Positions 1-9,776 of a DNA stretch of 64,000 nucleotides are shown one piece after another. Location: positions 45,507 to 109,506 of the forward strand of contig JBNAVT010000002.1 in assembly GCA_049700215.1 (NCBI GenBank), given 5' to 3'. Each line of letters begins with the position of its first letter. Position 1 is the first letter of the stretch. Under the pieces are notes generated by a model. The model was not told the origin of the DNA, searched no databases, and saw only the letters and a list, made by a program, of their open reading frames with translations. Origin of the DNA: Thermoproteota archaeon. GTDB taxonomy: Archaea; Thermoproteota; EX4484-205; JAAOZP01. Both the position numbers and the translations under genes were made by a program.

Positions 1-1
1 G

Positions 2-1039
2 CAGGTTAAGTTTGGTGTAGTCGGCGCTGGGGTGGGAGCCAGCTTTGCTCTTCGCGCCATGAAGCTCCTTGAGGAGAAGGAAGGGATCGTAAAAGCTGTG
101 GCTGTGAGCGATGTGGTTGAGGATTTGGCAAGGAAAACGGCGGAGGAGTTTGGAATAAAATATTTTCTCAACTATAGGGATTTATTGACCCAGGAAAAGG
201 TTGACGCGGTTTTCATTTCAACGCCGCACTATCTGCATTTCCCCATGGCAATAGATGCTATAGAGGCTGGTGTAAACGTGCTTGTTGACAAGCCTATGGC
301 CATTAGCCTCAGGGAGGCGGATGAGATGATAAGGAGGGCTAGGAGGACTGGTGTGAAGCTGGGTGTAAACCTTCAGGGCAGGTTCGACCCCAGCGTGTTA
401 AAGGTTAAGGAGGCGGTGGACACAGGCAGGCTCGGCAGGCTTTTCTACGGGGAGGCGACTGTAAAATGGTTCAGGACAAGAGAATACTATGATAAAAGCC
501 AGTGGAGAGGAAGATGGGCCACTGAGGGAGGTGGAGCGCTCATAAACCAGGCTATTCACACTCTAGACCAGCTTGTCTGGATCATGGGTCCGGTTGAATA
601 CCTCTGGGCTCAATGCGACACTGTTTTCCACAATATAGAGGTTGAGGACCTGGCTGTTGCTACCCTAAGGTTTAAGAACGGTGCTCTCGGCCTTGTTCAG
701 GCGGGCACAGCGCTCTACCCCGGTTTCCCAACCGGGCTTGAGCTATATGGGACGAATGGCACAGCAATCATAGAGGGAGAGGTGATTAAACTCTTGGACG
801 TGAAGGGTGAGAAACCATACTCGGAGAAGGAGCCTAAGGGAGGCTTAGAGACATGGGCTAGACCAGAGGCTGCACCCCCTTTGAACCATGCAGCATCCAT
901 AAGAGACTTTGCCCAAGCCATCCTGGAGGACAGGGAGCCGAAGGTTTCCGGCGAGGAGGGAAGGAGGTCTATCGAGATCATAAACGCTATCTATCAGTCC
1001 AGTAAAAATAGCCAGATAGTCAGGCTCCCGCTGAAGTGA
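2..1039 (+). CDS. Gfo/Idh/MocA family oxidoreductase (5'-partial)
   Basis: The frame is open to the window edge (VKFGVVGAG Rossmann motif). It contains VDKP and GGGALINQAIH motifs. Confidence 0.9.
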   Translation, partial: QVKFGVVGAGVGASFALRAMKLLEEKEGIVKAVAVSDVVEDLARKTAEEFGIKYFLNYRDLLTQEKVDAVFISTPHYLHFPMAIDAIEAGVNVLVDKPMAISLREADEMIRRARRTGVKLGVNLQGRFDPSVLKVKEAVDTGRLGRLFYGEATVKWFRTREYYDKSQWRGRWATEGGGALINQAIHTLDQLVWIMGPVEYLWAQCDTVFHNIEVEDLAVATLRFKNGALGLVQAGTALYPGFPTGLELYGTNGTAIIEGEVIKLLDVKGEKPYSEKEPKGGLETWARPEAAPPLNHAASIRDFAQAILEDREPKVSGEEGRRSIEIINAIYQSSKNSQIVRLPLK

Positions 1040-1111
1040 TTTAAAATAGTTTTGCAGACGGGTTGCGAGAGCTTGAAGCAATTTTCTTCGAAAAAGAGCT
1101 TCACGGGCTAT

Positions 1112-2020
1112 TCAGAGTTTCAAAACCTTCTTCGCATTCCCATGCATGATTTTATCATAGGCTTTTCGAGATATTTTTCCCTCCTCTCTCAAGCCGCGGA
1201 GATATTTCAACTGGGGTATGTTCTGATCCGGCATGTCTAAGTCTGTTCCGAACATCAGCCTGTCTTGAAACTCCTCCAGGAACTGGACTCCGAACTCAGG
1301 GTCTCTCGAGACAGCGTTATACCCGCTGCCAGCCGAAAGATCCCCGTAAAGGTTTTGATATTTTTTGAACAAGTCGACAACTCTCCCGCCAGGCGCAACC
1401 CTGCCCGCCGGGTAGCTGTTCCTATCCTCCGGCTTAAGGTCTCCAGATATCTCAGCCCAGAATGGTTGAGAGTGCCCTATGAATATCAGGTTTGGAAACA
1501 TCCGCAGGCATTTCTCAAGCCTAGGCAGGCCCGGCTCATCCGCAAGGCCGTAGCAGCCGCCAAGCTGAGGACCAATATGGAATATTACGGGTAGCTCGAG
1601 TTCCTCGCAAACCCTGAAGAGGCTCAGGGTCCTCGGGTCGTCGAAGTATATGTTGGCAGTTATTTCACCCACGCCTTTACATCCCTCGTTTTTATAATCC
1701 TCCAATATGAATCTCAGGCTCTTTTCTGAGCCTGCGTTCAGCCTTGGATCCGGGTTTCAAAAAGGAATCCGCCTGCCTCTATGCTTTTTACAGAACTCTA
1801 TTACCTCGCGAGTGGTCACCGGCTCTATGGTGCTTTCGGGGCTCGGCAGTGGGAGAACAATCGCTACGTCTATCCCCTCTTCCCCCATTCTTTTAACGAG
1901 TTCAGACACCGTTATCCACCGTATGTACTGGTTTTTAACGGGATCGTAAGAAAGCCAACTTGGCCCGGGAGAGCAATGCGCGTGAATATCGATTATCATG
2001 CTCACCGTCTCGCGGAGCAA
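1112..2020 (-). pseudogene. Amidohydrolase_2 family protein interrupted by one in-frame TGA (1757-1759)
   Basis: ORFs 1757..2020 (DIHAH) and 1112..1705 (GVGE, FHIG, GHS, FGTD) share a frame and read IPF*NPDPR across the stop. Confidence 0.8.
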
Positions 2021-2184
2021 GTTATTTAAGCATTCGGTTTAAACAGGAAGACGCGTACGCCTCTTTTCAAAGCGTGGTTTTGAGAACCCGAGTGCCGTAA
2101 ACCTCTAGGGTTCAAAGTCGGTTGGGAACATGGAGGCGGAAATATTTAATATCCGCTGAAACAGTTTAATAGCGGTTTAAACGG

Positions 2185-3520
2185 TTGAGAAGCAGCCTAG
2201 CTCTCCTGGGGGGTTCGAAGACTGTTAGATCTGAACCCGGAGACATATTCGCCTGGCCGATTATAACGAGGGAGGTTGAGGAGGCTGTTTTAGAAGTACT
2301 CCGCGCTGGGAAAATGTCAGACGTAGATGTGACTCAAAAATTCGAAGAAGAGTTCGCTCAATGGTTGGGCGTGGAATACGCGCTTGCACACAACACTGGA
2401 ACCGCTGCTCTGCACAGCGCGATGTTCGGCATAGGCATAGGGAAGGGAGACGAGGTCATTTGTCCAAGCATCACCTACTGGGCCTCCTGTCTACAAGTCT
2501 ACTCGCTGGGTGGGACCGTTGTCTTCGCTGACATTGATCCTGAAACGCTTTGTATTGATCCCATGGATATTGAACACTGGATTACTCCAAGGACTAAGGC
2601 AATTATGGTTGTCCACTACCTTGGAATGCCGGCGGATATGGACGCGATAATGAAGATAGCTGAGAGAAACGGCTTAATGGTGATCGAGGATTGTTCTCAT
2701 GCTCACGGCGCCCTTTATAAGGGTAGAATGGTTGGGACCTTTGGAGACGTTGCAGGCTTCTCGCTAATGTCAGGCAAATCTCTTGCTTGCGGCGAGGGGG
2801 GGAATGATGACTACGGGCGACAGGCGGATCTATGAGAGGGCAGTGGTCTTCGGCCATTATGAGCGCCACGGGTTTGCCCTAACGCTTGAAGACCTTAAGC
2901 GTGGATCAGGGTTGCCCTGGGGAGGTTACAAGTATAGGATGCACCAGTTAACCTCTGCAGTGGGCCGTGTCCAGTTGAAGCATTACCCGGAGATTATGGC
3001 TGAGATCGATAAAGCGATGAACTACTTCTGGGACCTGCTTGAAGGCGTCCCAGGGATCAGGAGCCATAGGCCTCCAAAAGACTCTGGGTCGACCAAGGGC
3101 GGGTGGTACGCACCCCACGGCATCTATCATCCGGAGGAGTTAGGGGGCCTATCTGTTAACCGGTTCTGCGAAGCAGTAAGGGCGGAGGGGGCTCCGTGCT
3201 ACCCAGGATGCAATCTTCCGCTCCATCTACACCCCTTGTTTAACGAGGTAGACGTCTACAACCAGGGTAGGCCGACGCGCATAGCAAATTCTCCCCCGGG
3301 CGTCGACGTGAGGCAGCCTCCGGGCAGCCTCCCTGTTTCAGAGAGCGTGCAGGAGCGGGTGTTCACTGTCCCATGGTTCAAGCATTACAGACCCGAGATT
3401 ATTGAAGAGTATGCTCAAGCATTCAGGAAGGTTGCTGAAAACTACATGGATCTTCTTCCGGGAGACGCTGAACGTGGCGAGCCTGCTGGTGGATGGAGCA
3501 CTTTCTGGACTTCAAGGTAG
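2185..3520 (+). pseudogene. DegT/DnrJ/EryC1/StrS PLP aminotransferase, +1 frameshift in a G7 tract (2796-2802)
   Basis: GTAALH, IEDCSHAHGA and SGKSLACGEGG motifs are present. G6 would restore GEGGM and join ORF 2783..3520. Confidence 0.85.
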
Positions 3521-3608
3521 CGCTCGGGCTCCATGATACGGGGGAATTCGTGAAACAAGTCGGCATAGTAAACAGTTGGGCAGGCCGCTACGATTCCTTC
3601 CCCCGGAG

Positions 3609-4421
3609 TCAGTACCAGCCTAGTATTCCCATTGCTTCAAGCAGGTCGTCCCCACGGACGATGACAGTCCGGGAATCGAGGCGTTCTACGCCGGGCGTTC
3701 TACACTGAACGTCCGCGTAATTCGGATGGGAGTATTCGACTTTAAGCACTATAGGGGGCTTAACTTTGAAAGGCTTGAAATCGGCGGCGTTTTTAACAGC
3801 CTTCTCAGCTGCCTCTCGAATCAGCTTCCTGCTCAATGCCGGCGGCAGACAAACCGCGAAGTTCCTGCTTAAGCCTTCTTTCACAGCAACGGTCTCAACC
3901 CTGCCCAGTAGAGCCCTAGCCTCCTCAACAGCAATCCTGCACCCGCTCACTAAAGCCACAGGTACTTCAAAATACCCGAGGATTGCAGCATCTATCCCTA
4001 TTTCGCCAACCCGCTTCTCGTTTACGTAAGCGTTGACTATGACCCTACTGGCCATCGTGTGGTCTAAAACCGCACCCCTGCTCCCAGCCATAGCGTGGTA
4101 CCCTATCATGAACGCTAGGCTAAAGCTCCTGTCGAGGCCAGCCATCCTACACGGCCTCGGCCCCCCGGTTACGTACTTCGCCCCCTCATGCAGCTCCTCC
4201 GGGACAAGGTTAAAACCGCCTCGCGCCCCGTGCAGATCGTTTACCAGAACTTCTGAAGCACCCCCCTGCAAAGCTCCTTCTACAGCAGCATTCACATCCC
4301 TAGTTAGAAGAAGGCATGCTTCTTCGTATTCTCTGCTTCCAGGCTCTGTCTGCTGCTCGCGGACAATGTAGCTGGCGCCCTCCATGTCGGCTAGAACGTA
4401 AACCTTCATATCCACCACCAT
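3609..4421 (-). CDS. dppA: M55 family D-aminopeptidase
   Basis: ADMEG, NDLHG, GYHA, LDHT and VGEIG motifs. Confidence 0.9.
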   Translation of the reverse strand: MVVDMKVYVLADMEGASYIVREQQTEPGSREYEEACLLLTRDVNAAVEGALQGGASEVLVNDLHGARGGFNLVPEELHEGAKYVTGGPRPCRMAGLDRSFSLAFMIGYHAMAGSRGAVLDHTMASRVIVNAYVNEKRVGEIGIDAAILGYFEVPVALVSGCRIAVEEARALLGRVETVAVKEGLSRNFAVCLPPALSRKLIREAAEKAVKNAADFKPFKVKPPIVLKVEYSHPNYADVQCRTPGVERLDSRTVIVRGDDLLEAMGILGWY

Positions 4422-4502
4422 TATATGGTTTTTCGAAGCCTTTAAGGATTTACAGGCCTAGCCGGAAGTTTCATTCTAACATGATTAGCGTTCTCTCAAC
4501 TT

Positions 4503-5903
4503 TTAAGGTTCATGCCGATCCACAGGCTCAGAAAGCCTTTTCCAGGCCCTACGCTTCTTATACAGGACTGCCGCCGCGCACGCGGCTACAAGTATTACGG
4601 CTACCGTTAATGGTTTAACATAGTCTATCCTCCAAACAGCTTTTACTACTCTAGACTCGTCAACATAGATTTCAACGGTTCTCTCATCCACCATCCTGTC
4701 GTTTGGGCCTAGCCCCTCGAAATGGTCGAAAACGTAGAAGCCGCAGCTCGTTACATTCATCCGTATTAGAGCGTAGGAGCCTTCGTCATACCAGCCTGCG
4801 CCGTAGGCGTTTCCATACTCCGTTTCCACACTAATATAATGTTTCTCGGAAATCAACGCGTTTAAAAGGCCTGTTCGCCACTCTCCCTTAACCGGGTCGT
4901 AGGCTCCGAAGCCTGCGCAGAACTCCCAGTAGCACCAGGCTATTCCCCTCTTCTCCGCCTCTCTCGCTACGAAACGTGTCCATCTCACCCTTGAATCCAT
5001 ATCTGCTTTACTGTAGGCTCCGAACTCGCCCATTAAAAGAGGGACACCGCCGTGTTGCGCTGCCCATTGGGCAGCCATATCCAATTCTTCAGTGATCTGT
5101 TTCTTCTCCGCCTCAGTCCCGAGCCATCGCTCACCCACGGCGGGAGAGGGACTAACCCACTCCGCCCCCTGATGGGTGAATTCGAACGGGGTGTAGAAGT
5201 GGAAGGTGACGATGATATTCTCATCCTGGGGGATCACTAGACTCTTAAGATTGTAGACACTGTTCCATCCCGTAGGGCCGATGATTATTTTTCTCGTGGG
5301 GTTTGTCTTCCTTATGGTTTCAACCGTCTCCTCAACAAGCTTGTTCCACTTCTCATCAGTCAACTCCCCGTAAGGCTCGTTCAGTAATTCGAAGTAAAGA
5401 GTTTCAGGATAATTCCTGTAGTGCTCGGATATTTGCCTCCATAAGGCTATGAAGCGGTCCCTATGGCTCAAGGGGTCTTGCATTATCTCCTCATAGTGAT
5501 GAATGTTTATTATGATGATAAGATGCTGTTCCAAGGACTTGTTCACAACCCAGTCCACCCTGTTGAAGAAGTCTCCGTCTATCCTATAGGGCGGATTGTT
5601 CTCAGCGTGAGCTGACCATCTTATTGGTATTCGAACAGTGTCGAAGCCCGCTTCCCTTATCACGCTGAAATACTCGTCTCTAATGTAAACCCCCCAGTCG
5701 CCCTCCCTGGGCGCTTCTAAAGCGTTCCCGATGTTTATTCCTCTGCGCATCCCGGATTCCACGACTGCTTCTTCAAACCGGTAATCGTAAGCCAGCTGCG
5801 CCTGCTCACTATCTCCCTTCATGCTTACAAAATAGAACATAATTGTAAAAAGTAAGCCGGACAATAAGATGCATGTTTCAAGCCTCCTCTCAAGCAGAGT
5901 CAT
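4503..5903 (-). CDS. GH5 endoglucanase, membrane-anchored at both ends
   Basis: GINIGNALEAP, catalytic ELLNEP and MGEFG, and WEF motifs. There is an N-terminal hydrophobic helix and a C-terminal TM+KKRR. The likely start is ATG 5903. Confidence 0.9.
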   Translation of the reverse strand: MTLLERRLETCILLSGLLFTIMFYFVSMKGDSEQAQLAYDYRFEEAVVESGMRRGINIGNALEAPREGDWGVYIRDEYFSVIREAGFDTVRIPIRWSAHAENNPPYRIDGDFFNRVDWVVNKSLEQHLIIIINIHHYEEIMQDPLSHRDRFIALWRQISEHYRNYPETLYFELLNEPYGELTDEKWNKLVEETVETIRKTNPTRKIIIGPTGWNSVYNLKSLVIPQDENIIVTFHFYTPFEFTHQGAEWVSPSPAVGERWLGTEAEKKQITEELDMAAQWAAQHGGVPLLMGEFGAYSKADMDSRVRWTRFVAREAEKRGIAWCYWEFCAGFGAYDPVKGEWRTGLLNALISEKHYISVETEYGNAYGAGWYDEGSYALIRMNVTSCGFYVFDHFEGLGPNDRMVDERTVEIYVDESRVVKAVWRIDYVKPLTVAVILVAACAAAVLYKKRRAWKRLSEPVDRHEP

Positions 5904-5937
5904 CTCTAAACTCCTCTGCTGAAAACCTTTAAAAATA

Positions 5938-7125
5938 TTATTCTCGGATGATGAAAGATATTTTCTCAATCCTTCCAGCGTCCGGATTAATCTTCACATT
6001 CAACTCTATCCCTTTTTCTAAATAGTATAAATTCGCGTTAAAGTACAGGCTTGTTTGATCAAAGGGATACTCCGTCATGATCATGTCTACCTCGCACCCG
6101 GATTCTATAAGCCTGCCTGTAAGCCTATTGCTGCTCAATATCTGCATGATTCTCCGCCCCAGCTCGCTCGTCGCATTAATAATCGAAGCCCTTGCGTATA
6201 TGCTTGGTGAGACCCAGATGTTTGCCGAGCTATTCTTTAAACATGCTTCGCCCATACTGTAAGTGTATCCCGGATCATATGGGTCTTTGGATTCCACTAT
6301 CGTACCCACTATAAACCCATCACCATACTTATAAATATATACACAGATTCCATCAGTCTTATTACTCTCCTCAAGGGATATCTGCAATTCTCTGAATGCG
6401 TTAGAATCGGATATAATCCTATAGGTTTTATTAAGGATTAGGCTGCATGATGTTTCAACCCCTTCAACCACCATTTCTATCTCCACGTTTGAAGTGGTGT
6501 CCCATTCTCTTAATATTCCCAATAGTCTAATTCTTTCAATACTGTAAGTGAAACCCTCCTCCTTAAGCCATCTGATGAAAGACTGGTTTTCCAGGATCAT
6601 GGTCACCCTATTCTTAAAGTCTTCAGGCGGGTTCCTCAGCCTTGGGTAGGATAGGTTTAGAACGTTGATCGTTGCCTCTACCAGCGTGTTGTTTACAGGC
6701 AGTTTTACTTGCTCAGGTCTTCTCCTCAACTCCTTTGTGTTAAAAACATGCTCTGTCCCATTAATCATGCTCAAAATAACCACTTCTTCATGCCACTCGA
6801 TTCTGAGGGTTCCCCCTATTATTGCAGTCACAAGATTTCCCCTAGCCTCGCTCCATATCCTGTTCCCCATTCTCCCGGCTATTTCAGAAGGATAATAGAT
6901 TTTAACGATCAATGTTTCAAACGTGCCTTCTCCAACCGTAATCGGTATCGCCCCCTCTTCCTCAACGCCGGGAAGCATGTTGAATAGACTTGTACGGTAT
7001 GTAAGAAGTATTCCTAAGCTTAAGACTATGGGTAGTATTATAATTAAAGCTAGGAGTGCTTGGGTTGACGTTAACACTTTTTTGAGCGAAGGCCTCTCCC
7101 CCACTTTCCCTATGTTCTCTTTCAA
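5938..7125 (-). CDS. Hypothetical membrane-anchored protein
   Basis: 395-aa ORF with one N-terminal TM and many N-x-S/T sequons. No family recognised. Confidence 0.65.
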   Translation of the reverse strand: MKENIGKVGERPSLKKVLTSTQALLALIIILPIVLSLGILLTYRTSLFNMLPGVEEEGAIPITVGEGTFETLIVKIYYPSEIAGRMGNRIWSEARGNLVTAIIGGTLRIEWHEEVVILSMINGTEHVFNTKELRRRPEQVKLPVNNTLVEATINVLNLSYPRLRNPPEDFKNRVTMILENQSFIRWLKEEGFTYSIERIRLLGILREWDTTSNVEIEMVVEGVETSCSLILNKTYRIISDSNAFRELQISLEESNKTDGICVYIYKYGDGFIVGTIVESKDPYDPGYTYSMGEACLKNSSANIWVSPSIYARASIINATSELGRRIMQILSSNRLTGRLIESGCEVDMIMTEYPFDQTSLYFNANLYYLEKGIELNVKINPDAGRIEKISFIIRE

Positions 7126-7225
7126 AAAGATGGAAAAACCTTATAAAGCTTTTTCCTTAAACTATTTTAAGCCGCTGCTTGTCTTTTGAATAAAGCATAA
7201 GTATTTAGAATGTTTCAAGATAACC

Positions 7226-8974
7226 ATGGGGGCTGGAGGAAAACACGGTAATTTTAAGGTTGCGGTCTACTGCACGGTCCGTGACGTGAATGAAATGGCT
7301 GATTCAACCTGGCTGGAAAACAGTTTCAAGGTTTTGAGCAGGAGCATTCCTTTAGACAAGGTTTATCTTGAGACCTTCGGCAGCGGTGCCTTGGCGGATA
7401 GAGGCTTAATGCAGAAGGTTAAGTCTTTTTTCAAAGATAAGGGTGTCGAGGTGTCCGGGGGAATAGCCACCAATGGTCCACGCGGCCAATCTCTCTGCTA
7501 CTCGAAGCCCGGCGACAGAGAAATGCTTGAAAACGTTGTCAAGTATACTGCTGAATTGTTCGATGAGATTATCCTGGATGACTGGCTCTTCACAAGCTGC
7601 AAGTGCGAAGCATGCGCGCGCGCTAAAGCTGGACCGAGTACCGTTTGAAGACTATGGAGGATGTTGCGCAAAACATCATCTTTAAAACAGCCAAGGAGGT
7701 TAACCCCAAGGTTAGGCTGATAATAAAATATCCAAACTGGTATGAGCATTACCAGTTTCTCGGCTACAGTCTCGATTTCGAATCAAGAGTCTTCGACATG
7801 GTTTACACGGGCACTGAGACGAGAGACTCAGAGTATACTCATCAACACCTTCAGGAGTATCAGAGCTACGCTATAATGAGGTTTCTGGAGAACGTTAAGC
7901 CGGGTTTCAACGGCGGCGGCTGGATTGATCCTTTTGCCAAGAGGCGCGCGCGCTCTTGACCGTTACGCGGAGCAGATAAGGCTGACGCTCTTCGCTAAAG
8001 CCAGGGAGGTTACGCTCTTCTGCTACAGCGCCCTGCTCGAGTCCTTTAAGCAAGATGGGGCAAGAATTCCTATAAGCATCCTTGCACCAGTAGTCGGAAC
8101 CATCTTCGAGGAGATGGATTTTCTTGTCGGGAAACTCGGCAACCCTTGTGGTGTTAAAAGCTATAAGCCGTTCAACTCGTCCGGCGAGGATTTTCTTCAA
8201 AACTACATAGGCATGCTAGGAATTCCTGTCGAGATGACTCCGAGTTTCCCCGAGGCCAGTGAAACCGTGTTCCTAACCGAGTGTGCCAAGTTTGACGGCG
8301 GGATAATGGGGAAAATCAAGAAGCATCTTGTTAAAGGCGGGGACGTTATTATTACATCCGGTTTTCTGAGGGCGATGCAGGATGAAGTGGTTAGAGAGCT
8401 GGCTGAGGTCAAATACACCGGTGGAAAAATACTTGTCAAAGACTTCTCACTAGGCTTTTTCCTTTTCGAAGATGTTTACCACTCGGATGTGGAAATACTT
8501 ATCCCCCATATCAAATACCCGACTAACGATGTTTGGGAGGTCATTACGTGTTTAAGCAGGGGCAACGGATACCCGTTGCTGATGCTCATGAACTACGGGA
8601 GGGGAACACTATACCTACTTACAATACCGGATAACTTTAACGACCTATACCATCTCCCACCCACTGTTTTGAACAGTATTAGAAGAATCTTCTCGAAGAA
8701 TTTGAAAATAAGCCTTGAAGGACCAAGCAGGGTCTGCATTTTCCTTTACGACAACGATGCTTTAATCCTTCATTCATTCCTGCCTCATCCCTCTAGAGTC
8801 AGCGTTGTGGTTAAGGGCAAGGGTTTAAAGATGCGTGAACTCTCCTCGGGCGAGATACTTAACGGCTTCGAGAGGAAATGGGGGATGGTTTTGAAAGAAG
8901 TATTGAAACCGTGTTCCCGGTTTACTTGGCGTCGTCTTCCTACAGTGCTTTCAGGGTTGAATAATTATCTTTGA
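7226..8974 (+). pseudogene. Putative glycoside-hydrolase-like protein in three or more frames
   Basis: ORFs 7226..7648, 7645..7959 and 7925..8974 read as one protein (ILDDWLFTSCKC...WTEYRLK...GGWIDPF...LDRYAEQ). Shifts lie beside (GC)5 runs at 7614 and 7944, and probably at ~8878. Confidence 0.6.
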
Positions 8975-9010
8975 AAAGTTTAAACCAGTTTAAAACTGGA
9001 GTGTTTCAGG

Positions 9011-9613
9011 ATGAACGCGTTTAAGCAGAATGAGCGGTTGGGCAGGGGGGTTAACATACTGGGTTACGACCCGGTTTGGAAAAACAGGTCTATGGCAAGA
9101 ATGAGGAGCGAGCATTTTAGGCTGATAGGGAGCGTCGGCTTCAACAGCGTACGCATCGCTCTCCACCCTTTTCGCGACGGGGCTATGGGTTGGGGAAACC
9201 GGCTTTCGGAAGAGTGGCTTGAAACATTGGAATGGGCGGTTGAACAGGCTCTTGGAAACTGGCTTATGCCGATAATCGATTTCCACGAGTTTATAATCAT
9301 GGGGAGGGATCCGTCTGGAAACAGGGATAGGCTTCTCGCCTTCTGGGATCAGATTGGTAGACTCTACAGTAATTATCCTGACGGAGTGGTTTTCGAGCTT
9401 CTAAACGAGCCCAATAGGGAGCTTACGCCTGAGCTTTGGAACCGTCTTCTCGCCGAGATCCTTAAAACAGTGCGCAAGACTAACCCGGATAGGACTGTGA
9501 TAATAGGCCCAGCCGTCTGGAACAGCATAACCGGCCTTGATAAGCTGGTTCTCCCGGAGGAAGACAGGAATATAATTGTAGCGCGCACTCACGTTTTGGT
9601 CAAACGCCTTTAA
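9011..9613 (+). pseudogene. GH5 endoglucanase, C-terminally truncated
   Basis: LGRGVN and ELLNEPN are present. Similarity to the intact GH5 paralog stops at NIIV (GCGCGC 9581), so the nucleophile GEFG half is missing. Confidence 0.85.
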
Positions 9614-9776
9614 AAATTTGGAGTAGCAACCTTGAGGAAATTATTGCTCTAAGCTTGTATGAGCACCCTCTACTTAAGGTTAAGCGCGCGCTATTTGTAT
9701 TGAATGTTAATCATCTCGTCTGTATATCTAGACGAAACTTAAATTCTTGCCTCGGAAAAGGGTTTTGGGCAGGTTG

